From NCBI GenBank assembly GCA_964016885.1, contig CAXHJY010000669.1, positions 1,012 to 65,011 on the forward strand: a DNA stretch of 64,000 bases, given 5' to 3'. The notes under the pieces are model-generated. The model worked only from the letters and a program-made list of their open reading frames with translations, searched no databases and was not told the DNA's origin. Shown here piece after piece: positions 23,484 through 35,780 of this stretch (within the stretch, counting starts at the first letter, position 1; each line of letters starts with the position of its first letter). A program made the translations under genes and the position numbers. This DNA is from Eledone cirrhosa. Lineage: Eukaryota.

Positions 23484-23903
23484 TGTAGTAAGACACCTCA
23501 CGCCTCCTGGCGGATAATAGAACAACCCTAGTTATCTCCCCCTGGTTGAGAACAAGAGAGGTAAACAGACAGCCACTAGAAAGCAGACGGAACACACGCC
23601 ACAGTGCCACGAAACGATAAACAGCCAAGGGAACAGCAAACAGCAAACCCCACAATACTTTTGTAATTGTAATTCATCACAACTGACCGCGTCTATATTT
23701 GGTATGTTTCATTTGTAATATAATAAACACACATAAACATCACCATTATTTACAATTGTTGAATATAACTCTCGTTGTGGTTATTGTCTTGTTTACGCAC
23801 ACACCCACTCACTTTGTTATAATTCTCACTTACAAAAATGGTAAATAGACGAGGGACCTTCCCTCACGTCTATGTCGATAAACAATCCAACTAGGATACT
23901 ACA
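23484..23903 (+). repeat. 5' LTR
   Basis: Direct repeat of 28691-29114, with about seven substitutions and three short indels by eye. Confidence 0.93.
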
Positions 23904-23914
23904 TTTTACCACAC

Positions 23915-23927
23915 TGGTGACCGACGT
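23915..23927 (+). promoter_or_regulatory. Primer binding site, probably tRNA-Trp
   Basis: TGGTGACCGACGT compared with TGGTGACCCCGACGT, the complement of the metazoan tRNA-Trp 3' end as I recall it; two C are missing. Confidence 0.65.
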
Positions 23928-23930
23928 AAG

Positions 23931-24024
23931 AATTTTACGCAGCCTTTTTATTCATTTGACTAATTAATTTTACGCAGCCTTTTTATTCATTCGACTAATT
24001 AATTTTACGCAGCCTTTTTATTCA
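23931..24024. repeat. 35-bp tandem repeat (about 2.7 copies) in the retrotransposon leader
   Basis: AATTTTACGCAGCCTTTTTATTCATTYGACTAATT starts at 23931, 23966 and 24001. Confidence 0.95.
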
Positions 24025-24535
24025 GTTGAACTTCACTGTTATTGCCACGTTGCCAACCTTTCGCAACTTACGAAAATACAAAATTTCCACCAGGACAGGG
24101 ACATTTTGGAATTGCGTGTGTGTTCCATATTTGATCAAGGGAAAAAAACTTTTTTGTGAACATTACTGCCCCGCAGGGTATATACATGCCTTACTTTTTT
24201 TTAAGGGATTTTTAGCCACTGGCTACCTATTGTTGATATCCAACGTGGATATATTCTAAAACAAACATTTTTTTTTTTTCTCTTTTTCACCTTATTTGAT
24301 TTGGCTGGCTCGTTGAAGCAACACAAGGGGACAGACGTTGAAGGAAAATTTTTTTTTTTTTTTTAAATATATGTATTTTATGTATTTTTCCTATTTCCTA
24401 ATGTTTTGAATGTCTGTTTCTTTTTGACCTTTCATTTTTTCTCAATTTTGGCTGTTTGCTTTTCACTGTGCGAGGGTACATTAATTGCTGTTTATATATA
24501 TATATATATTTTTTTTAAATTTTAAACGTTTTACC

Positions 24536-25316
24536 ATGAATGCGCCACATTTGCCCGCCTTTACCGGAAAACCTAAGCTGTGGTTTGCCGAGTTACAGGC
24601 GTATTTTACGGTCTGTAAGACCGAGTCTGACCAACGTCTCGCTGTCTTGATTAGCGGACTTCCCCCTAATCTAGCAGATTCGGTCCAAGATCTAATTACA
24701 GACCCCCCCCCCCTCTGACTTAATGTATGAGTCTTTGAAAGGCGAGATTTTGAGAAGGAACTGTAAGTCGGTAGAGAGTCGTTTTCGGTCATTCATCGAG
24801 GACGAACGATTAGGTGACAGGACCCCTACCGCTTTTCTCCGGCATTTGCGGGATTTGAGCGATTCCCAAGATCAGGATAGTCCTTTCCTGAAGCAATTGT
24901 TCTTCTCTCGCCTACCTCAAGAGGTACAGGCGATCCTAGCCCATATGCTAGAGGTAAATACCCTCAACCACATTGCTGTCTCTGCTGACAAAATTGTAGA
25001 GGTGACGAAGAGAGACACTTCAAAGCCAAAGTACGTTGCTTCTTCTTCTCTTCCTCAATCACGCTCATCAGCGAGTGATGAGAAATTAGTCACCACAATG
25101 GAAGCCATGACTCGTCAAATGGCGGAGTTGTGCCAGGAATTCAGGTCTTTTGGACGGCAGAGGAGCCGCTCACGAACTTATTCAACTCCTCGCTACCATA
25201 GCCCTTCCAAAACAACAAAACCACCATATTGTTATTACCATGACAAATATGGTGACAAAGCCGCCCGTTGTAGGCCTCCTTGTGCTTACATGGGAAACGA
25301 CGACCAAAGTCACTAA
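24536..25316 (+). pseudogene. gag: gag, frameshifted at a C-run near 24704-24714
   Basis: MNAPHLPAFTGKPKLWFAELQAYF...DLITDPP / YESLKGEIL..LGDRTPTAFLRHLR..LFFSRLP..CYYHDKYGDKAARCRPPC: typical gypsy gag with a variant Cys/His knuckle. Confidence 0.88.
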
Positions 25317-28300
25317 CGGCGGATAGTGCGCTCTGTGAAACATCATCCAACCGCCACTTTTTCATTGAGGACCTGCTATCAGGTAGAGCCTTTCTGGTGG
25401 ACACAGGTGCAGTTTGTTCAGTATGGCCTGTGTGTTGTATGAAGGAGACTCCCCCTGAGACACCTATTGAGTTGCAGGCAGTAAATTGTTTGCCGATTTG
25501 AACCTTCGGACAAATCTCGCTACCTTTGCAGTTCCGTAACCTGCGGCGTGAATTTAAATGGATATTTACTGTCGCTGCCTTGCCGTATCCGATCCTAGGC
25601 GCAGATTTTCTCCACCATTTTACATTGACGGTGGACCTCCGTCGTAAACGCCTAATTGACGGCATCACTGGTTTAACTGTTGTTGGCAAGGCAGCAGGAG
25701 TTCCAACGGTTAGCCTGACCTTTTTTCTTGCTAACACCGGTGATACTTACCATGCGTTGTTGAACTCGTTCCCGCAACTGACTCAGGGAAATTTTCGAGT
25801 TGATGAGCCAACTCATACCACGGAGCACTTCATAACTACAACTGGTGCTCCCGTTTTTTCTCGTCCTCGTCGCTTGCCTCCGGACAAACTCAAAGCAGCA
25901 CAATCAGAGTTTGATCATATGCTGCAGTTGGGGTTATTCGTCCGTCCACGAGCCCGTGGGTGTCCCCATTACACATGGTACCGAAAGCGACTGGCGATTG
26001 GAGACCTACTGGAGATTATCGACGCCTAAATTCGATAACGGAACCGGACCGTTATCCTATCCCTCATCTGCAAGACTTTGCGTCTTCGTTGCAGGGATGC
26101 AAGATATTCTCCAAACTGGATTTAATTCGTGCGTACCATCAAATTCCTGTCCATAAAAATGACATTCCAAAAACGGCTATAGTTATGCCATTTGGGTCAT
26201 TTGAGTTTTTGACCATGCCATTCGGATTAAGGAATGCCGCTAGTACGTTTCAGCGGTTTGTGGATGAGGTTACTCGTGGCCTCGATTTCGTCTATACCTA
26301 TATTGACGACCTGCTCATTGTTAGTTCTTCTCAAGAGCAACATACGCACCATTTGAATCTTCTTTTCCGCCGATTGAAGGCGTATAACATGCAGATTAAT
26401 GCACCCAAATGTGTTTTTGGTGCTGAGTCACTGACTTTCTCGGGTCACGTCATCGACGCTGACGGTATTCGACCCCGGCCTGAGCGAGTTAAGGTCATAG
26501 AGGATTTGCCTCCACCGACCTCACTATGTCAGTTACGCCAGTTCTTAGGCCTGATTAACTTTTATAGGCGTTTCGTGCCAAATTGTGCAAGATTGCTTTT
26601 CTCCCTGACAGAAATTTAAAAAAATTGTCGGAAGAAGAACAAAGACATTTCATTGACAGACACTCAACTTGCTGATTTTCAGCACGCCAAAACTGCTTTG
26701 GCTAATGCTTCGTTACCGACTCACCCGGTACCCGGTGCAAAGCTAACGCTTTGTGTTGATGCATCGGATATCGCTGTGGGCGCAGTGCTACAGCAAAACA
26801 TCAATGGTTACCAGCAACCGCTGGAGTTTTTTTCCAGAAAGCTGAAACCTGCTGAGACGCGCTACAGCACCTTTGGAAGAGAGCTTTTGGCCATCTATTT
26901 GGCCGTGAAACATTTTTCACATATGCTAGAGGGTAGACTGTTTGCTATCCTCACCAACCATAAACCATTGACTTTTGCGTTGAGAGCGAAGGCTGATAAA
27001 TACTCGCCCAGAGAGACGAGACACCTTGATTTCATCTCGCAATATACGAGTGATATCCAACACATTCCGGGTTCACTAAATACAGCGGCCGATGCTTTGT
27101 TCCGCTTACCCGTAACAGCGATCTCGTCACCCTCTGACATAGATCTGACTCGTTTGGCTGCGGATCATCCTCCCCTTGAGTCATTGGATGTTACATCGCC
27201 TGAGTTTGCAAATTGCGAGATGAAATACTTGCCTCTGTCGACTGCAGTTGGCCAAATTCTCTGCGACGTCTCTTTGGACGTGCCTATGCCCTTCGTTCCA
27301 GAGAATCATCGTCGGACCGTGTTTCTGGCATTACATGGTTTCTCGCATCCAGGATCTTCTGCCACAACAAAGCTCATATCAGCTAGATTTTTCTGGCCAA
27401 ATATGAGGCGTGAAATTGCTGCTTGGTGCCGTTCCCGTGTCGCTTGCCAGAAATCAAAGGTCCATCGACATGTCAAGGCTCCCCTGGGTACCTTTACTAA
27501 CCCAGATGCGCGTTTTTCGCACATTCATATTGATATAGTGGGACCTTGGCCTGTCAGCGATGGTTATTCTTATCTGCTGAACATAATTGACCGTTTTTCG
27601 AGATGGCCTGAAGCCATCCCCTTGAAAAACATCACCGCTGAGACAACAGCACATGCTCTTGTGTCTGGATGGATCTCTCGTTATGGAGTTCCATCCACAA
27701 TAACTACCGACCATGGACGACAGTTCGAGTCGAGCCTTTTCCTCGAACTGTCAAAATTAATTGGTGCTAAACGCATCAGAACTACGGCGTACCATCCCGC
27801 TTCGAATGGTATGGTAGAGCGTTTTCACCGACAACTGAAGGCCTCCTTAATGGCCTCAATGAACTCGGCGCATTGGAGCGAGTACCTCCCTATTGTGCTA
27901 CTAGGGATTCGGTCAGCGGTGAAGGTCGACTTTGGATTTTCACCGGCCGAAGTACTGTACGGTGCCCCACTGACGTTGCCCGGGCAAATGCTTGCCCCTA
28001 TCGATCTTGATGCCCAAGATCACGCTTCCTACATGTCCTGTTTGCGCTCCTATTTCCAGGATTTGCCGCCAATGGGCACTAGGAAACAAACTGTCAAGAC
28101 TGCTGTCCCGAGGGATGTTGCCTCGTGGATGCATGTCTTTGTAAGGAAAGATTCTGTGAAGTCCCCGCTCACACAGCCTTACACTGGACTTTACCGTGTC
28201 TTAGCGCGCTCGGCTAAGTATTTCACTTTAGATATTAAAGGGTCCAGGGAGACAGTTACAATAGACAGGCTTAAGCAGGCACACCTTGACACGGACGCTG

Positions 28301-28473
28301 TGGTTCCTGATCAACGAACCCCTTCGTATTTGCCTGTTGAGCGAACACCTGTTCCTGAACCACCATCATCGCCTGTCCCTACACCACCACCATCGCCACG
28401 TTATAAGACCACGACCCGTTCAGGTCGTAGGGTCCACTGGCCCAAAAGATTTTGCAACACCGTCTATATTTAG
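25292..28473 (+). pseudogene. pol: pol (protease, RT, RNase H, integrase) with stops and a frameshift
   Basis: [80 protein letters not shown]. Stops at 25499-25501 and 26617-26619; frameshift near 25935; RNase H TDH motif reads TNH. Confidence 0.95.
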
Positions 28474-28690
28474 ACTGTTAGCTGCACCTTTTTTTTGCTT
28501 CTGTGTTTCTGCTTTTTCTTTGCCTTGTTTTTCATGCATGTTGTTTTTTTTTAACATTTTTCAAATCCTTATTTTGGATTTAATGATTGGTAGAGCGAAT
28601 TGCTTCCCCTTGTTGCATTGCTCGCCATCTTACTCCACGTGTGAGTAATAACATCGATTTTCGATGATTTGAAAATCTGGCAGGGGATAC

Positions 28691-29114
28691 TGTAGTAAGA
28701 CGCCTCACGCCTCCTGGCGGATAATAGAACAACCCTAGTTATCTCCCCCTGGTTGAGAACAAGAGAGGTAAACAGACAGCCACTAGAAAGCAGACGGAAC
28801 ACACGCCACAGAAAACAGCCTCTGTGCCACGAAATGATAAACAGCCAAGGGAACAGCAAACAGCAAACCCCACAATGCTTTTGTAATTGTAATTCACCAT
28901 AACTGACCGCGTCTATATTTGGTATGTTTCATTTGTAATATAATAAACACATATAAACAAAATAAACATCACCATTATTTACAATTGTTGAATATAACTC
29001 TCGTTGTGGTTATTGTCTTGTTTACCCACACACCCACTCACTTTGTTATAATTCTCACTTACAAAAATGGTAAATAGACGAGGGACCTTCCCTCACGTCT
29101 ATGTCGATACTACA
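28691..29114 (+). repeat. 3' LTR
   Basis: Direct repeat of the 5' LTR, lacking 18 bp near its end (GATA microhomology). Confidence 0.93.
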
Positions 29115-29879
29115 TATATATATATATATATATACACACACATATATATCTAAACTGATAAATCTACATCCTAATCACTAGGACTTATCTAAAGAGTCAA
29201 AAAGTACTTTAGCTCTGTTTGTGTATTTTCGATAACACTGTTGGTACACACACACACACACACATACTATACTACTCCCCAGCATTGTTTTTAAGACACA
29301 AAGCCAAACATTTTCATTTGGAGGTGGATAGAGGAGAGATTGATAGTATAACTCATTAATTTAACCCCAGTAGTACTTGGCTGGTACCAACTGAAGCAGG
29401 ATGAAAGACAAAGTAAACTAGTAAGAACATAAAAACAACTAAATGGTGCAAGATATTTCGTCCATCAAACTATCAATTATACCATCAACAGCACTAACAA
29501 CAACAATAATTTATTGTATTTGCCACAAGGGCATCAGATTTCTTTTATCTGCACATTGACACAGATTTATAGAGAAGGGAGAGAGGATATAGTTAATTGG
29601 ATGTGATATAACATCTAACCCATGCTAGCGTGGAAAATGGATGTTAAACGATGATGATGATAGGTGTCTCCAAGGAACCAGTCTTTGGCAATGAGAGATG
29701 AATAATAAAATCAAAGCCATGCACTACTGCAATAAATATAATTTATTGTTTAAACAATGATAACAACATAATGACAGATATCCGTGAAAAGGTGATAAGT
29801 CATTGATTTAAGGATGGATTAAAGAGATAATGTGTCACTGATGCCCTTTCAAATGGCAGGAGCAGTATAAACAAAATCA

Positions 29880-30150
29880 CTTGAAATATATGCATCTGGG
29901 AATCAAATAGATTAAAAGCCTTTGAGCATATTTAGACACTCTCGTAGAAAAAACATAAAACTAGTGATGAAGAACTAAAAATAGTAAAATTTAGCATTTT
30001 ATTCCCCACCATCAAAAACAGAAAAATAAAATACTTAGGAAATTTAATTAGGAGAAAAATTATGGAGACCATTAATAGAAAGCAAAATAAATGGTGAAAG
30101 ATGGAGAGGAAAAGCAAGAATTACATGGATGGATAATATCAAGAATTAGA
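29880..30150 (+). mobile_element. Highly decayed RTE/BovB-like LINE 3' coding remnant
   Basis: Fragmentary translation IKNRKIKYLGNLIRRK...IESKINGERWRGKARITWMDNIKN resembles the RTE C-terminal pattern RKL.YFGH..R....EGK..G.R.RGRPR..W.D.I. Confidence 0.6.
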
Positions 30151-30510
30151 TAGGCAACCACTGCATTTTTCATGACAGTCACTGTCGAGAACTCAGGCGT
30201 CCTCACTTCTCAGGCTGCTATTTTCATCTGTAAAATTGGGAGGAGTGCATCCTACCTGAGGAAAGTACCCTGTCAGGAGGAGTGGCTGATGCAGCTGATG
30301 TTGCTGGCTGTATTCTACAGTAATGCTTTTACCATCTTGTCTGCAGAGCAAAGCAGAACTATACCATTTAGACAGAGGGTATAGAACCAGCACCTCCTCC
30401 CTTACCTCATCTCCTTAGTTTCAGTATTTAATTTTTTAATTTTTCTTCCTCTTTATTATGTGTAATAGTTATGTAAATAAAAACACTACTTGAAATAATA
30501 AAAAAAAAAT
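30150..30510 (+). mobile_element. Second CRE-like non-LTR 3' fragment
   Basis: ORF 30172-30384 (VTVENSGVLTSQAAIFICKIGRSASYLRKVPCQEEWLMQLMLLAVFYSNAFTIL) aligns by eye with the 21800 fragment. Followed by AATAAA and an A-rich tail. Confidence 0.65.
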
Positions 30511-32949
30511 AAAATATAATCAACTGCATAAGAAAGACTCAGATGGTGCTTTATACTTATTCAACTTACTGAAAGCAGATAATACCTGGCAATGAAATAT
30601 ATGGAAAGGCAGAATGTCGAGATGGATATATCCTACTGCACAGCACATGCTTACATGGTGGGTAATATTTACAAAGCTAAAAGAAAACATTATTTCTATA
30701 ACTGGAGAGAGGAATAATGAAACAAGTTTTTTTTATAAAATTATAGAAAACCGATTTTCAACTCTTAACTTAGTAATATAAAGGAAAAACCTTTTATTAT
30801 AATGAAATTCTATAATATACTGCAGATATAACAACAATAGTCGGAGTATTTAACATTTATTTTCTAAATTTTTGCAAAAAATATATAAAATTGTAATAGT
30901 CTTCTTTTTCAATACTTCTATAGAATGTGAAATAAAGTTTTCAGTTTATAGTTTTGACATTTAAAATGTTATCAAATACGAACCCGAGTTCATATTACCA
31001 GCAACATATACACAGATACATACACCCTCACAAATACATGCACACACATGGAGACATATATGTGTGTGTGTATTCATGAGAGAGAATGAGACATAATAGG
31101 ATGTGACAGATAGGACAAACACAAAGGATACAAACACAATTTAATAACAGCTGTTTTTCTTTCTGTAGACTAAATCAAGGCTTTAAATGAATTATTTATA
31201 TTGCTATTGAAAATTAATTTTAACATTTAATGCATTTCGAAATGCATTTTTGAATTGCTATTTTTCTTTTCAAAATTTCTCCCAATCTCTCTCACTCTAA
31301 TCCTCCTCTACCCCTTTCTTTATATATGTATATATGTGTGTGTGTGTGTGTGTGTGTGAATTTATTAAACACCAAAATAAGTTAAAGTTCAATGTGTTGT
31401 ACAAAAATAAAAGAAAAACAAGAAAGAACATGCTAAACACAAAAATAAGAAGGTTTTATGGTTTTACTTAGAAAAGGATTATTTTTATTTTTTTTAAATA
31501 ACAATTCAAGCAACTTTAAAATAGTGAATATTTTTCAACCAAATTCTCAGAGAAAACCAAGATTGGATTGTTTGAAATTCTATAAATATGGCTGATACAA
31601 TATTAACAGAAAAAAAATAATATACAACATTCAATTGGGAGAAAATTTGAAAAAAAAATTAAACAACAATTTAAAAAGATATTTCAAAATGCATTATAAT
31701 GCTGAAATTAATTTTGAAAAGCAATATGCCTTATTGTGTGGTTTATTAGATGTCCACCCTATTACAAGTCTCTATAAACCTTTCTACCTCCTATAAATTT
31801 AAAGTCAATGATGGGAGTTATGAGTTGAGAGTGTGGATTTCAAGCTAAAATTAAGGTGTTCAGCAGGTGAGTAATAGACCTATCGTATATTTTAATCTAC
31901 CCAGAAATAAAACCTAACCATATTTCTGTATCAAAATTACATATATTTGATTTAAATTTAGTTCACCATCCTCGTTTGTGATGAACTTGACATGGTTAGT
32001 GAATGTTTGTCAGGAATAGTGAAGATTTCAGTGAAGTAAATATTACTTGGCATTAGGCCCTTATAATTTTTTCTGATTATTACCTTAAAAACCTGAGTAT
32101 GTTTAATGTGTCCAAAGGCTTTTAGAAGCATTGAAATCATCATCATCATTTAATATCCACTTTCCAAGCTAGCAAGGGTCAGACGAATCTTCACAGTCTG
32201 AGTCAGTACTGAAACAGATCTACTGACCTCCCAGAGGGACTGAGGGTCTGCATCTAGTTTAAATGCAGTCGCATGCCCTAGCAAGGGCATTTTTATCATG
32301 ACACCAGTACTAGGGAGGTTGTAATGTTGACACAACTGAAGGAGCCTCCCAACCCTTTGTTTGGCCATCTGTCTATGACTAGATGCCCTTCCTAACACCA
32401 ACCGCTTTACAGTATCATGTAGATCACCAACATCAGGGAGATTGTCATATCCTCGACATGAATGAAAGATCCTCTCAACCCTTTATTTTAGCAATCTTTC
32501 TATGGCTGGAGGCCCTTCCTATCACTGTACAGTGTAAAATATGGTAAATAACTTATTTTAAGTCCTGATGTACTATACAGAAAGAAAAACAGCTGCTATT
32601 AAATTGTATTTATTCTATTTTCTGTATTTATCCTATTTTCTACATGACATTATTTCTTTCACACAAGTGTGTATGTGTGTGTATGCACACATACATATGT
32701 ATTGTTAAATACACCACTATATTTGAGTTATAACTTTTTTAATCAAATATTTCTCATATTTTTTATGAGTTATGTTGTTCATTTTGAACAAGAAAGCTCC
32801 TAAATTCATAATTTAATTGTTTCTAGATTTTCACACTCTCATTATCAGGATGTGGAGTGTTACTGACTTATTTTTACTGCCTTGTTTATTGTATTACCAA
32901 CAACATTAATAGTTTTAGTGTTATTGTTTAACTTATTATCATTACTAGT

Positions 32950-35780
32950 ATCAGTGGAGTGTTGGACACCATGCTTTGCTGCATAGATTTATGGTTTGAG
33001 TTCAAATTCTGCCGAGGTTAGCTTTGCCTTTCATCCTTACGGGGTCGATAAAATAAAGCACCAGTAATGCACTGGGATAATTGCTGGCCTTGTACCAAAA
33101 AGTAGAAACAATTATTATTATGGTGGTGATAGTGGTGGATTGGGATAGTCATTAGAGCATTGGATAAAATGTTTTAAAGTATTCATTCTGGCACTTTGAT
33201 CTCAAATCAACTTTGCCCTTCATTCTTCTGAAGTAGGAAAGTCAAAATTAGAAACCATTATTGTTATTATTATTACTCTGAAGGGCGGTGGATTGGCAGC
33301 ATCGGTAGAGGGTCGGATGCCATGCTTTAATGCATAGAGTTACGGCCCTTTACGGTCTGAGTTCAAATCCCACCAAGGTTAACTTTGCCTTTCATCCTTA
33401 CAGGGTCGATAAAATAAAGTACCAGTAATGCACTGGGGGAGGGGGGGGGGGGTAATTGCTGGCCTTGAGCCAAAAGTAGAAACCATTATTACTTTGAAAG
33501 GGAGGTGAGGGTGGAGAGAGAAATGCCCCCTCTATCAGTATATTTGTTACAAGATGAGTGAATGACTGGTCCAGGTGAATGGGCCTACTCTAAGCATGTG
33601 CCTCTAGGCTGGAAACAAGAAATGGGAGAGGTACTCATCAACAATGTCTTTAGTGATTGGGGTGATTCCACATCTGTGTGGCTCCTTAATTACCCCCGCC
33701 CCGGGGGGGGGGAGGTGGCTGTTCTCACTCTAATGGGCAAGTCTGTTATTAATTTATTGTTGCAGTGGATTGGCAGTATTGGTAGAGTGTCAGTCACCAT
33801 GCTGCACATCAGAGTTGTGTGGTCATTTATGTTCCGATTTCAAATCCCACAGAGGACAGCTTTGCTTTTCATCCTTCCACGGTCAATAAGATAAAGTACC
33901 AGTAAGACACTGAGGTTGATTTAACCAACTTTCCCTTCTGCCTAACTCAAAAACCATTAATTTATTGTTGCTTTGTTACCTACATTCTTTTTGTTTGTTT
34001 ACATGTTTTATGTAAAACCCACTATTCTGGTTTAATTGTATTGTCCATAGTGATTGTGACCTCAGTGACCAATAAAGAAATTATTGTCAGGGCGGTTGAT
34101 TGGCAGTATCGGTAGAGCATCAAACAAACTGTTTTGCAGTATTTAGTTACAACTTAAAGTACCAGTAATGCACTGGGTAATTGCTGGCCTTGTGCCTAAA
34201 GTAGAAACAAGTATTTAGTTACAACTTACTATGACTTTCATTCTTACGGGGATTGATAAAATCAAGTACCAGTAATGCACTAGGGTTGATTTAATGGACT
34301 TTACCCTCCCCCAAAATGTTGGCCTTGTGCCTAAATCAGAAACCATTATTATTATTACTACTATGAGGGCAGTTGATTGGCAGTATCGGTAGAGGGTCAG
34401 ACGCCATGCTTTGCAGCATAGAGTTACGGCCCTTTATGATCTGAGTTCAAATCCCGCCGAGGTTAACTTTGCCTTTCATCCTTACGGGGTCGATAAAATG
34501 AAGTACTAGTAATGTACTGGGTAATTGCTGGCCTTGTGCCAAAAGTAGAAACAATTATTACTACTAACATTTTCTTTGACAGTTTCATGTGGGTTTATAG
34601 TATATTATCTGGTGCACCTTTATGTTTCCTTGGGGAGGGGTGTTGGTGGGGTAAAGACTCATCCTATTAATGTACTGTTAGTCTTGTTTTGTATGAGGTT
34701 TAGATTGCAGGTCCTTTTGTTATCTCAATACTTGTTCTTTTGTGTATGGTGTGTGTGTAATGTGAGTTGTGTAATTTTATTGGGTATTAAATTTGTAGAA
34801 TATATGTTGTGTGAGTTGAGGGTAATTTTATGGGGTGCTTACACTATAGGGTGTGTGATCTATGAAAGTTAGATATAGTGGCTTACACTTAGCTACAAAC
34901 TTTTCTTGTAGAAGAAAGCATCTGATGTAATCCTTTCTGACAAACAAACACACATGCACACATATCATATCTCATTATACATATATAAGGCGGTGGATTG
35001 GCAGCATCGGTAGCGGGTCAAACGCCATGCTTTGACTCAGAGTTACGACCCTTGCCATTCTGAGTTCAAATCCCGCCAAAGTTAACTTTGCCTTTCATCC
35101 TTACGGGGTCGATAAAATAAAGTACCAGTAATGTACTGGGTGATTGCTGGCCTTGTGCCAAAAGTAGAAACAATTATACATATATAAGGCAGTTGATTGG
35201 CAGTATCGGTAGAGAGTCGGACACCATACTTTGATGCATAGAGTTACGTCCCTTTATGATCTGAGTTCAAATCCCGCCGAGGTTAACTTTGTCTTTCATC
35301 CTTACAGGGTCGATAAAATAAAGTACCAGTAATGTACTGGGTATTTGCTGGCCTTGTGCCAAAAGTAGAAACAATTATTTTTATTATATATGCTTTGCAG
35401 CACAGAGTTACGCCCCTTTATGATCTGAGTTCAAATCCCGCCAAGGTTAACTTTGCCTTTCATCCTTATGGGGTCGATAAAATAAAGTACCAGTAATACA
35501 CTGGGTAATTGCTGGCCTTGTGCCAAAAGTAGAAACAATTATACATATATAAGGGATGTAGATTGGCAATATTGGGAGAGTGTTGAATAACATGCTTTAC
35601 AGTATATAGTTACATCCCTTTACATTATGAGCTCAAATTCCACCGAGGTTAGCTTTGCCTTTCATCCATACGGTGTCGATAAAACAAAGCTCCAGTAATG
35701 CACTGGGGGTCGATTTAATTGACTTTCCTCATAACCCCAAAATGTTTGGCCTTATGTGTAAAGTAAATCAGAACCCATTA
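32950..35780 (+). mobile_element. Cluster of about 10 same-orientation tRNA-derived SINEs
   Basis: Copies at about 32955-33120, 33125-33260, 33282-33492, 33760-33960, 34088-34350 (with a nested fragment), 34366-34560, 34987-35177, 35186-35378, 35390-35541 and 35550-35780. They share the A box, B box, CCTTTCATCCTTACGGGGTCGATAAA core and (ATT)n tails. Confidence 0.92.

Larger units (their letters stand above)
23484..29114 (+). mobile_element. Full-length Ty3/gypsy LTR retrotransposon, disabled, inserted in (TA)n
   Basis: Paired LTRs with TGTAGTA...TACTACA ends, PBS, gag, pol in PR-RT-RH-IN order and a purine-rich GGCAGGGGA before the 3' LTR. TA repeats on both flanks. Confidence 0.97.

Noticed and set aside
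32950-35780. tRNA genes
   Set aside because: A and B boxes belong to SINE heads; no complete cloverleaf is evident.
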